Shown here: positions 49,754 through 62,213 of the stretch, in pieces
Layout of the letters: each line of letters opens with the position of its first letter
How positions within the stretch are numbered: the first letter of the stretch is position 1
Assembly: GCF_964204645.1 (NCBI RefSeq)
Contig: NC_134026.1
Location: 13,142,050-13,206,049 of the forward strand
Source of the DNA: Tubulanus polymorphus
Taxonomy: Eukaryota > Animalia > Nemertea
Length of the DNA stretch: 64,000 bases
Reading direction: 5' to 3'
Position numbers and translations under genes: made by a program
Notes under the pieces: model-generated
Database searches by the model: none
The model's input: only the letters and a program-made list of their open reading frames with translations
What the model was told of the DNA's origin: nothing

Positions 49754-52700
49754 CGGTTCCTGAACTTCGCTGAAAAAGCTGAAACACTGAAATAAAAACG
49801 CTGAAATTTCAGGGAATATCCGAAAAACGCTGAAATTTCAGGGAATTCCCGAAAAACCCTGAAATCGTGCTAGGTACCGACAATACACGTTTTGAAATAT
49901 TTTCTGGGCCGGTGTCCGCTGCCGAGTCCTGTACTGTGTTTTAGTCTCTACCTTCGGTTACAGAGACATGCATGGACGGTATGTGTGGAGTATACTTCTA
50001 GAGGGCCACTCGTTGGACAAATTAATTTGCTTTAAATCCGGATTTTTAATGCGTACAGGCAGCATAATGAGGAAAACCCATTCACAAACCGTGCAAGCCA
50101 ACTTAAACACTATGCTCAATATTCCAAGAATATGGTTTACTTCTGCAAGATGCAACAAGAAAATTAATTTTAATAGATTATTTGACGCCTGCGAAAAAAA
50201 TGTAGAATTTCTGGGATAAGCTAGTGTGGAATTGCAAATTTGCAATCGAAGTTTTAAGAAATTTGAGGAATTATGGGGTTTGACGATTGGGTAGATGATA
50301 CAGGTCTTCGACTGGTCTAAATAAAAAAAATTGTCAACTTGCGACTGACTTCGATTCATTTTTGCCTCTAAGCTGGTCTGCAACTTCATTGCCTCCATGG
50401 TTGAAGAAAGAGCTCTTCTGATGTCTGCTTCATCATGAGTTTGAGCATGATCGTGTAGCCAGCCGGCCCGGTCCCCGGGCCCGGTTTGGCTGTCACTCGA
50501 TATCCTAGTCTTGAGTCTGGGTTGAAGTAGACATTGTCATTTAAATAACTTATTCATGTTATTCTAAATGAATTACCCATGTGTCTTGTATTTTGTATTT
50601 TCTTATTTTAGAATTTGTAAATTTATTGAATTTGGGAAATTTATCCGGGAATTTCAATTTAATAAGGATCAATAAAGAATTGAATTGAATTGTTACCTAA
50701 TACACATGCCATCAGTGGATGCGGAGCCGTATAAGACAGCTATGCTTTTATAAATTGCTAATCCCTTGAAACCTGCATACCCCTAATATCGAACATATTT
50801 TCTAAAATATTTGAATATTGAAATTACATGTTTACACGTTTTCATATTGACCGCTAGTAGCCGCCGATGAAATTCACACCGGCCCTACACAGATCGTAGA
50901 TAGCTTCGTCATTCCACCAGCATCCCCATGTCAGGGTCTGACTTCTATATCAGACTTCCAAATCGTGTATACATCCGCCATTTAACCGAATAATCCGATT
51001 TACTTATCATTTCTATATATGCCTGCCGCATCTGATATAATCATACATCCATTTCTATTACAATACGTCCTCTCAAGATATTCAATGCAATATAACATTT
51101 CGACGTTCAAATAGAGGTCATTATATAATCACAGGAAGCCATTCTACATCTTTGTCAATAACATTTTGCCAAATAGCTTGTAAGTGTACACATAGACCTG
51201 TGACGTTTTGCACATCGATTTACGGTAGTCGTTTGTAAAATGACGCTGAATGGTTAACGTTGTTTAGGTTTCATAACGGTAACGTTTTATAAGGCGTCAA
51301 AAAAATCTTATTTGACTGTTCATGTATAAAACATGATTATGAGCAACTTTTCTTTTGTCAACACGTTGATGAGCGATGGACTATGGTATTCTCTGAAGGA
51401 GGTAAATCAAATTTGACAGCTAGTTATATAAATGATGCAGCTCTAACTAAATTTCTTTTCAATTCACCGTGGAATGGAATGGAATGGATTGACGCCAATG
51501 GCATGCAGTAGGCCCCTACGTATGGGGCATACTAATTAGCGTCAACCAATTAATCTAAATCGGGCAAACCATTCAACAACTGTGAATAATTCATTTGCTG
51601 TGGTGTGAAAATAATTAGTTTTTTTGAAGAAATGACATACCAACTGTTAGAAAAATGTACCGATTCTTATTTCTAGACTACTACTGTATCTATAAAAGGA
51701 GGAGTCATAGACAAAGTTGATTTGCTTAGCTGGACACACTTCTTGTCAAGTACATCATCTCAAGTACTGGGTGTTTTGTAAGTTTAATTTCAATATTTAT
51801 TTACATAGTGCTGTTCCCTCGGACCTCAGTGCTTTCAAACTAGGCCCACCCCGTAGGCTATATAGTCCAGGGTGTATTAGCCACTATTCTTTTATTTCCT
51901 ACTTAAAGGCACCTTTTTCTATTTTTAGACTCGGGCTAAGAATGTGCAAATTTTTTGAGATATTGAGAAATCAGATGGCACCAGTAAACTTCAACTGCGA
52001 AATTTGCAGGATAGCTGAACGACACGATTTTTAAAAATAAAATGGCTATTTGAATGCTATTTGAGTAATAACTTGATTCAACCAGAGAAAAATAAGTCAA
52101 TTGCGGATGTACAGTACACCCACTTTACTTCCCTGTTTTCCTGCTACCAAATTTTTAGTCTTAAGCTAAGCGATATTCTAAGGTATGCTAGTGGATTTCA
52201 TTAGAATATGAAGCAATGGAACCAGAATTCAAGCCCGAGTTTTAAGCGAACTATTGATTCTGATATAATGTAAGAACTGATTTCCTGTGTACTCTTGCAG
52301 AATGTGTTATGTATTATTTTAAGCTGTTAAATAATATAGTTAGACAAACGTCAAATTATTGGATCTTTCTTGTTGACTCGTTTAATTTTGTGAGTTTAGA
52401 GTTCCAGTCAATCCACAATGTGCAGTGCCTAGCCTTCATCTACAATAAAACCAAGCCTGTGTATGGGAAAATGTCGTTCGACTCGTATAAGCCAGACAAA
52501 TCAAAGCATGCAAAACATTGCAGATAGTAGTCTCCAGCAAGTTGAAAGAGAAAGTAAACCAGGTTTTACCCCGTACCCTACCCGGGAATGAAAGACACTT
52601 CAAGACTCCTTCCTCCTTGTAGAAATTGTAGAAATACGGCACCCAATCGTAGCAATGCTAAGTACAGTATACTATGACGGTTGAACCTTTATTAACGAAT

Positions 52701-53240
52701 TTCAATGACACCGAAAATAGAATCATTATAATCATAAGTTCCATGCTAGCACTTAATTTGGGTTATCAGGTTCAGCCTAACTGTACTTTCATTCAGCTAC
52801 TACTTGTATGAGGCTTGGCAATAATAAGTTGCAAGAAATCACCAAACATAAGAAAAAATATTGAGAATTAATATTACTGTAATTAAGAATTTATTCAAAT
52901 GAAGTGATAACTTCATTGTTAGATCGTACCGGTATATGCACATAAAACAAAAAACACATCTAACAATCCACGCAATCCGGAATCGATCAAGTCAAACATG
53001 ACGACGACCTTAAGGCATGTCTCTGTAACCGAAGGTAGAGACTAAAACACGGTTCAGGACTCGGCAGCGGACACCGGCCCGGAAAATATTTCAAAACGTG
53101 TATTGTCGGTACCTAGCACGATTTCAGCGTTTTTCGGGAATTCCCTGAAATGTCAGCGTTTTTTGGAAATTCCCTGAAATTTCAGCGTTTTTATTTCCGC
53201 GTTTCAGTGTTTCAGCTGTTTCAGCGAAGTTCAGGAACCG
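49754..53240. mobile_element. Non-autonomous DNA transposon with ~220-bp TIRs and a 9-bp TSD (Mutator-like or AcademH-like)
   Basis: TSD ACTGATTTT at 49745-49753 and 53241-53249. TIRs at 49754-49971 and 53015-53240. The uninterrupted target repeat is visible at ~57895-57960. Confidence 0.88.
50154..51306 (+). mobile_element. ~1.15-kb HINE-like element, copy 2, nested in the 9-bp-TSD element
   Basis: Close paralogue of 48220-49378. Confidence 0.7.
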
Positions 53241-56109
53241 ACTGATTTTAGTGTCAAATCAAACCTTTGTACTAAAACAAATTAATAAGTTACCTCGTTG
53301 ACTTTGAAAACGTGTTTTATAATATAATTTTTGATGATTTAAATCGCGAACCGGAGAATCTATTGATTTGATTTGAATTGATTGCCACAATCGGGATATC
53401 CAATACGGACCAAATTACTAAATGTCATAATTCAATATGTCTCTCTAAAATTACTCTTAATGTTATTTTTTGTTGATAAAACGCATAAATTTTGGTCAAT
53501 TTTACCATAAGTAGGTATGTTCATATCGCGCCACTATCGATTCTGACGACCATTATTGATTCGGAAAATTGTGATGCGCGTTTTTACTACGTGTTTTGAC
53601 ATCACATAGTAACATCATTCATAAAAACCGTCTATCAATGCAAATGAGCTAAAATCTTTTGGGATCAACCAATAAGATCGATCTTTATCACTTGGGGGTT
53701 GGTTTAGTGTATAAATCCGCATTTTAGTCGAAGAAAATAGAAATCGAAAAATACCCCATTTCAAAAGCAAAATTTGTCTGCTTAGGACCTGGAATAAGCG
53801 ACAAATCATCAGGAATCGGTAGGTTTAGGATCTTAGAATTCAAATACTGAAGACCGCATGATTTTATTTGCGTCGGGGCTGAGCAACCGCTGCCAAAAAT
53901 GTCGATGTCTATGTTTTGCGTTGAAGCTAGTGATACAAAATGGCGCCCCGCACTTGTTATTATTGAATGATGACGCGCCGCGTTGCTTGCGATGAGATCA
54001 ATATTCAACAATTATTCATCGGTCTAGCGGTGAATTATTGTATTTATTTTCCGATTCATAATTGTTTATCACTATATTTCTGAATATTAGGACAGATTTG
54101 GCGAAATGATCGGTAAAATTTTTTTTTGCGCACGCGGACCGCCACTAAGCTCCTGTCAGTAAAGCGGCTGTGGAAAGAGGGAGACATCTAATGGGATGAA
54201 TTGTGGCTTGTGATGGGCAAATATAGAGGCGCGTGATGCATGGATGAGAACGCCGACCTGTAAAATCCGCGGGTTATTTTTCTTGAGTGACATACGCGAA
54301 CCAGCATGACGGCGCAGCCGTCAGCACTAGCGAGCGCCGAAGGCGCGAAGCAATTTTGGGGGGGTTTGGGGGCCCTCCCCCAAGAAAATTTTAGAAATTA
54401 AATACGTTTTCCGAGCACTTAGAGCGATCTCGAACCCATGAACGACTATTATATTTTGGAAGGTAATGGCTAGTTCCAATGTGGTACATCCTCATTTGAT
54501 GACATTCAGCATCTCATGCATTACGGGTCGAGCCCTGAATTATTGCAGTAAAAATGCGCCGATGAATGCTCACTAAAAATCATCACCAAGTAGTGTATAA
54601 TATCCGAAAGCGTTCGCCACACACACGCAGCAACAGTAAGTAGACCTATATACGTTACTACTGTTGCTGTGCGTGCGTGTCTGCAACCGATCGATAAAAT
54701 ACATACAAACTCATCGTAGTACAAATGTACATACAAAATCACTGTGTTGCAATGAATATGCATTGAAATGCGATACTTTTACGTGACGATAAGTAAAACA
54801 GGCACTGAACGCTTTTACGGTTCACCTGATTACCGATCGCGCCGGACCAATTGAGTGAGATCATCACCCCCCCCCATACTTTTACATCATTTTTGGACTA
54901 TTTGGAAAATTGATATTTTTCAATAGTGAAACCGCGGATCCGCGGGGAATTCTCATCTCTGGTGATGGGACAGTGAGGCTCCCGAGGGGATTTTCCCGAA
55001 GCAGCAAAATTGATTTATATATAAAATTTTGTTGAAATCTAGCAGAAAACAAAACAAATGGATTATTATTAGTTATTATTAGTACTATTACTATTGCTTG
55101 GTTTAGGTTTCTAAACTGATTGATTTTATAATGATATCATGAATATAGGATTTCCGATTTCAGAGTTTTGAGCTAGGCCAAGCCTGATTTTCTGATATTC
55201 TTTACTAAAATTAGTCATTTAGCGAATGATAATATTTATAATTGGTATATTTTAATCAATTTGCAATAGACCTGACTGATAGGCCTTGACAATCATGTTT
55301 GATTCATTTCAATAATTATGTAGTGAAAAAAATAATTTCTTCTGAAATCATATCAATATTTTTCTTGTCATTACCATGGAAACTAAATAATATCAGATAA
55401 AAATTTTTCGGTCTTTCAACTTCACCTGAAAGTGCTATGAATGTATTTCTCTTTGAATTTTTAGTCCATCTCTTTTAGTTTAGGCTAAGAGATAATGAAG
55501 TTTGCTTACATGAAATATTGCCTTCTTAGAACAGTTTTAGTGTATTGAAACATGAAGACACTTTTTGCTTAAATTTTCAAACTTCAATTTGCGTTAGGCC
55601 TATCTCAAAAACTACTGAAGATAATTCAAAAATTTAAAAAGCATATTGTTATTTGAGCCCTCCCCATTCCATCAAGCTTTCTTTCAGTAAGATTGAAGCT
55701 ATTTGAATTTTTTATGGATAAAGCTACCATAAGAATTTGAAACAAGAATAATATCTGCATTGGCATCAATGTCAGTCAAAAAAAAGTTTCCGCATTTTAC
55801 AGTCTCATCATGCAACACCGCCATGTTTGTTAGGTATGTTGCTGCACTTCAACTGTTTTTTGAGGCGACTAGTCAAAAGTTTTGAGGTACTACGATCGTC
55901 AAAAGCTACTTAGGATTACAAATTCATGCACAAAAAATAGGCCTAGTTAACTTCCATCTGATTACAGAACAGTTCGAGGTAAGTTGATGGTGTTTTCAGG
56001 GGTGAAATAGACGCTCAAAGCTTTGTCCCTCAAAATGAGGGACGAAAATTTACCTTATATGAGCACTTTCCCCCTAGACGTTGTTTGAGGAACGACGGCT
56101 AGGTACTAA

Positions 56110-56865
56110 AGTCTATCTATTTTTGATTGTCCACGATCTTTTTGGGATATTTCGCTTAGTTTTGGGTGTGCATACCTCAAATAGGTCTTAATCAAATCAG
56201 TAGGGTTGTGCAGTCCAGATATAGGCCTATCATCGTTCTAATAGGCCTATCCATTTTACACTGTTTTGAAGCATTGATGAATATTCTCGAAAATTGAGCG
56301 AGAAAGACCGCCATTTTGTTTGTATTTGTTTATTTCTTTATGCAAATGAGCCATTGCACACATGCGCAATAAGGCGAGGATGGGTCAAATTATATCATGG
56401 ATGAAGCAGCTTTTTGTCGCCAAGAGACCAATCAACAACTCACAATATTACCCTAGAAAGCTGTTTTAGTAAACAAACATGGCTTTGTCAGAGCAATCAA
56501 AAAAAATGCGGTTTGAAAATGATTTAGGCCTATGATAGCGCAACCATCGCGGCGGTGCCCGCGTAGTAAAACATGTGCGAGCAATGTACTCACCCCATAA
56601 ATAATAAACTTACCCAGATCACGTGGAACACACTGCTCATTTGCATAAAGAAGTAAACAAACTGGAACAAAATGGCGGTTCTTCGTGCCGATTTAAAGCT
56701 CAATTTTCGAGAATATTCATCAATTCTTCAACTCGGGATATAAAAACGATAATTTATCTGGACTGCACAACCCTATTGATTCGATTAAGACCTGTTTGAG
56801 GTATGCACGCCCAAAACTAAGCGAAATATCCCAAAAATATCGTGGACAATCAAAAGTAAATAGCC
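56110..56865. mobile_element. Fold-back MITE with ~200-bp imperfect TIRs
   Basis: TTTTGATTGTCCACGAT...GTGCAGTCCAGATA vs TATCTGGACTGCAC...ATCGTGGACAATCAAAA. Confidence 0.75.
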
Positions 56866-58560
56866 ATTAGACTACATACGGGCCTGACTTACAAAATTCA
56901 GTGGTGAATAAATTTCATTTTTACATTTCCAATGATTATAGGCGTACTGAAATGCAATTGTTGTGTTTTTATTGTATGTGGAAAAGCTACAGAATTCTGT
57001 TTTTAAGCATACGATGCTTGCTTTCGCCCTACAAAACATGCAAAGTGCCCTTTTTATAATTCAAGAACGCCCCTTTCAAAATCCTGGTTACGGGCTTGGA
57101 CAGACAGGTTACGGACTAGGTAGTCAGTAACCTGTCTGTGGTTTAGTTTCACTATCGTATATTTTCACATACCACAGTCAGGAATGGGAAGGTCATTTTT
57201 CAATGAAATCTTCGTCAGCCAATTTGACTGACGAGTAATTTGCCTGGCATTTCAATGTCTCTTAAGATATCCATCTAATTTGTGTTGTAATCAACGCACA
57301 ACAGATTCGTAGTTTGTTTGATACCTATAACACCTCACCTGACGATCTTAATCCATGTGCAAATCGGCCGTAAAGTGAGAGTAAATTTCCGTCGATTCGA
57401 CGGCGGCCATTTTGAAAACTTGTGGAGGGAGCTGGCACCTATTGACTGAGGCCAGGACAACAACACAAACTAGGCTAACAAAACGAAACGACGAAAATGA
57501 AAAAATTAAGAAATCAACACTAATTCATATTTTTCTTCAACCATAATTTATTATTTCATTATTTATTATGGAAAACACGAAGATTTGAAATATTGTGTTG
57601 GAAAACCATCAAAAATAAAAATAGTCGTTTCGTCTTGGAAGTTTTATATAAATCCTTGTAGGTCACCTTGTCTATCATGCCACATGTATGCAATACACAG
57701 AAATGGCGGCCAATGGCGAAATTTGTGGAGAAATTAATTAATTTCTCAAAATAATCTTGATTAATCGCTTGAAACATACATAAAATTGGATTATTTCGAA
57801 AGGTACCTGTTAGTTTGTGAATTAAGCCATTAATTGTGGACCAGTCGTTGTTACGGTTCCGTACAACGTCTGACGCTAAAGTATCATATAGAGGTTAACT
57901 CCTGTTAATTGCAATGCAACAACTGATTTTAATGTCACATCAAACCTTTGTACTAAAATAAATCAATTAGTTACCTTGTTGACTTTGAAAACGTGTTTCA
58001 TAATAATATTTTTGATGATTTATCGCGAACTGGAGAATTTATTGATTTGATTTGAATTGATTGCCACAATCGGGATTTCCAATACGGACTAAATTAATAA
58101 AATGTGAAAATTCAAAATGACTCTCTAAATTACTCTAATTGTTAATTTTTGTTGATAAAAGGCATAAATTAAGGTCAATTTTAGCCTTAAGAATTTGAAA
58201 CAAAAATAATATCTGCATTGGCATCAATGTCAGTCCAAGTTCAAGTCCGAATCCGTAATTTGCACTCCCCTCATGCACCACGAAAAGCCGCCATAATTGT
58301 TATGTTGCTCACTTCAACTATTTTCTGAGGCGACTAGTCAAAAGTTTTGAGCTACTACGATCATCAAAAGCTACTTAGGATTACAAATTTATGCACAAAC
58401 AATAGTTAACTTCCATCTGATTACAGAACAGTCAGTTTGAGGTAAGTTGATGGTATTTTAAGGGGTGAAATAGACGCTCAAAGCCTCGTCCCTAGGAAAA
58501 TTAACCTTATATGAGCACTTTCACCCTAGACGTTGTTTCAGGAACAACGGCTAGGTACTA

Positions 58561-59158
58561 ATGTCTATTCCAACCTGACCTAAAGGTTTTAACAGGACCA
58601 GAAAGGACAGGCAGTCGACCTTAAACATCGTTTTTTAATCCACTTTAAACTGTATTGAAGGATATCCAAAAAGTCTTTATTGAAAGGGGATCATGAGAGA
58701 AAAGAGACTCCATACCTGATAAAGGTCTTAATAGGACCAGAAAGGACTGGCAGTCGACCTAAATCATCATTTTTTAATCCATTTGAAACTGTATTGATAG
58801 GATATCCAAAAAGTCTTCACTGAAAGGGGTTAAATTAAAGAAATAGACTCCATGATTTGAAAGTTTAACAATATGTTTCCATGCCTACGTACCAAACTTC
58901 AGTTGGTAGGCATGGAGACATATTGTTAAACTTTCTAATCATGGAGTCACTTCTCTTCATTTAACCCCTTTCAGTGAAGACTTTTTGCATATCCTTCAAT
59001 AGTTTCAAATGGATTAAAAAATGGTGACTTAGGTCGACTGCCTGTCCTTTCTGGTCCTAATAAGACATTTATCAGGTAGGCCTATGTACTATCAAAAATG
59101 AGCGAGCTAGGCCACCCAGAATGCTCTCAAATCAAAAAGTCAGGTTGAAATAGACATT
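58561..59158. repeat. Fold-back (long inverted repeat) element
   Basis: AATGTCTATTCCAACCTGAC ... GTCAGGTTGAAATAGACATT termini. Arms meet at ~58890-58905, and the left arm carries an internal duplication. Confidence 0.75.
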
Positions 59159-60769
59159 TAGTATAAGCCCATCCGATAGGGATTTCAGGTCACGTGACCA
59201 AAATGTGTCATAATTAGCGTTTTCCTCGCTTCAAATTTTTATTCAATCACAAAGAACGCATTTTATATCCGATTGAAACCAAACTTGCTCAGTATGCTCA
59301 ATTTACCGGTTATTTGTTGTGGTTCATGAGTGTATCTTGCGTAGTTACAGAGAAATTAATCGTAGTTCAGCGCGCATTGCCGGATTTCTAGGAAACAAAA
59401 TGGCGGCCATGTTTGAACATGCATTTATCAATCACGTGAAAACCACATGCAATTTTTTAGGTCAAATCCGCAAGCCCGCTGTTGATTGGCTGATTATTTG
59501 ACCTCGGAACATTTTAAAAACATTTCTCGGCTATAACGTAGTGGTGCGTATAATGTTAGGATTATTTTCACTGATCGGCTAGGCCCTAAATTGTGAAATG
59601 ATAGATGTGAATACATATGTCCTAATGTTCATGATTGTGCATCTTATCTTCTGGGATCAATATTTACAGACTCATACTTTATCTTATACATTCAATTGAG
59701 CTAGTTTGTCATCATTCTTATCCAATTGAAGAAACTTCCTGGAAAAAGACCTTTCATTAGATACCAAACATGACATACTTTGTTGAAATCGATCACTTCC
59801 GATGAAATATCAACATAAAACAAGATGGCCGCCTTCTTGAGAGCCAAAATCTGAGATATCATGATATAGATATTTTTTTCGCGATGGCTTTTAAGGATAT
59901 CTCTGAAAGAATAACAAGGGTTTTCACATTCATTTTAATACATTCATTTTTCTGAACTTGATAAATCTCTTCAAATGCTTGTCTAATTCTTCTGCAGCAA
60001 GTGAGGATCTGAAAATATAATGATTATTATTAGTATCTGAGCATCTCAAAATGCAGGAATATGATCTTAGGAACATTGAGATATTCTAGAAGAGGAATTA
60101 TTGCTAACAATATAGGCCATATCGAATGAGTTATTTACAATTAAGTGGAAGTTAATTAGATTCAAGATGGCCGCCTCAATACTCACCTTATGGTTACCAC
60201 GGTAACCGGTATAATCTAGATGTTCGATGTCTTCATTGTATTTACCTCAAAATTGATATTGGATGTATTCCAGTATCATTTATCTTGAAAAAGAAACTCT
60301 CATATAGGCCTAATGTCTATTTATTAATGGAATGGAGTTGAATGAGAGAAAATCCTCCATTTTGTGAAATTTCTGAGTCTCTTTTCTCTCAGGAACCCCT
60401 CTCAATGCTGACTTTTTGGATATCCTTCTATACAGTTTTAAGTGGATTAAAAAACAATATTTTAGGTCAGCTGCCAATGCATTCTGGCCCTAATAAGACT
60501 TTTATCGGGTATGTACTACCAAAACTGACTGAGCTAGGCCACCCGGAATGCTCTCAAGTCAGGTTGAAATAGACATTAGTGTGTAGTGTATTGCGCAATC
60601 GAATGACAAATATACCCCAAATTTCCACCCTTTAATTGCTTATAACTTTTGAACCGCTTGAACGATTTTGATTCTGTAAATTGCTGTATCCTTATGCTAT
60701 CCAATTCTTCATTTTAACCTATTAAAAAGACACATAGGACACATAGAAATTTTCGACCTGAAATCCCTA

Positions 60770-60938
60770 CATCCGATTATAAAAAGCTTACCACCAACGA
60801 TTAGGTAACTAACTACGGACTAGTCTGAATACCAGTCGTTGTTACGGTTCCTGAAACAACGTTGTTTCAGGAACAACGGCTAGGTACTAGACTAGTTAGT
60901 TACCTAATCGTTGGTGGTAAGCTTTTTATAATCGGATG
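60770..60938. repeat. 46-bp perfect inverted arms enclosing a mini-element with a 28-bp palindrome
   Basis: 60770-60815 is the reverse complement of 60893-60938. Central GTTCCTGAAACAACGTTGTTTCAGGAAC. Confidence 0.9.
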
Positions 60939-61945
60939 GGCTTATACCAACGTTAGGGATGACAAGAGCCAAAACACGGTTGAAAAAAGTAACACTTCAA
61001 AAATATACTTTCTATCCACTTCAGTCCACAATTAATGGCTTAATTCACAAACTAACACAGGTACCTTTCGAAATAATCCAATTTTATGCTTGTTTCGAGT
61101 GATTAATCAACATTATTTTGAGAAATTAATTAATTTCTCCACAAATTTCGCCATTGGCCGCCATTTCTCTGTATTGCACATGTGGCATGATAAGACAAGG
61201 GGACCTACAAGTAGGGATTTCAGGTTGAAAATTTCTATGTGTCCTATGTGTCTTTTTAATAGGTTAAAATGAAGAAGGGGATAGTATAAAGATATAGCAC
61301 TTTACAGAATCAAAATCGGTCAAGCGATTCAAAAGTTATAAGCAATTAAAGGGTGGAAATTTGGGGTATATTTGTCATTCGATTGCGCAATACACTCTAG
61401 TTCATTTTCAATTAAAGAGTCAGACAGGAAGTGTCTAGGTTTTACTGCTTTTTAGCCTGATTAAAGTAGTAAATTCAACATTAAAACTACTATATCTCCC
61501 AAAATTTCTATCCGATTGAAACCGAACTTGCTCAGTACGTCGTTGGTAAAAAGAGTATTGAGATTCTAGAAGTATTTATGCAAATATGTAAATTAGGCTA
61601 ATTTGCATACTCATTTACTAATTAATACATACTACAATACCATTAATACACTATATGAGAGTTTCTTTTTCAAGATAAATGATACTGGAATACATCCAAT
61701 ATCAATTTTGAGGTAAATACAATGGAGACATCGAACATCTAGGTTATACTGGTTACCGTGGTAACCATAAGGTGAGTATTGAGGCGGCCATCTTGAATCT
61801 AATTAACTTCCACTTAATTGTAAATAGCTCATTTGATATGGACTTTAGGCCTATATTGTTAACAATAATTCCTCTTCTAGAATATCTCAATATTCCTAAG
61901 ATCATATTTCTGCATTTTGAGATGCTTAGATACTAATAATAATCA

Positions 61946-62187
61946 TGTCGAGAACAGGATGTTTATGTAAATATGTCAGTAACCATATAGTGTTCACTCC
62001 CCCTTAGCCTATGTAGCGAATCATCATATATTTTAGCATGCGCATGTGCAGTCGGGACAGGTGGTTAGCCTGTGTGTGACCGAAATAAACGAGTATCTTA
62101 TGATCTGTAGACTGAACCCGTCGTGTTTTTAGTCTTTCTCTTCTTTTATCTCCGAACCTGGTCTTCTTTGTGACTCGCAACGCCACA
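61946..62187 (+). repeat. 5' LTR of a BEL/Pao retrotransposon
   Basis: Starts TGT, ends ACA, has an internal AATAAA, and is immediately followed by the PBS. Confidence 0.8.
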
Positions 62188-62188
62188 T

Positions 62189-62206
62189 TGGTGCCGTGAC
62201 CAGGAT
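62189..62206 (+). promoter_or_regulatory. Primer-binding site, tRNA-His-like
   Basis: TGGTGCCGTGACCAGGAT is near-complementary to the tRNA-His 3' end. Confidence 0.8.
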
Positions 62207-62213
62207 CAGCCGA

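Noticed and set aside
51790-51860. Possible exon GPSLKALRSEGTALCK (minus strand)
   Set aside because: It looks like a SINE/LINE 3' tail ending in TAAATAAAT rather than an exon.
57336-57370. CACCTGACGAT as a hammerhead start
   Set aside because: No stem II or GAAA follows.
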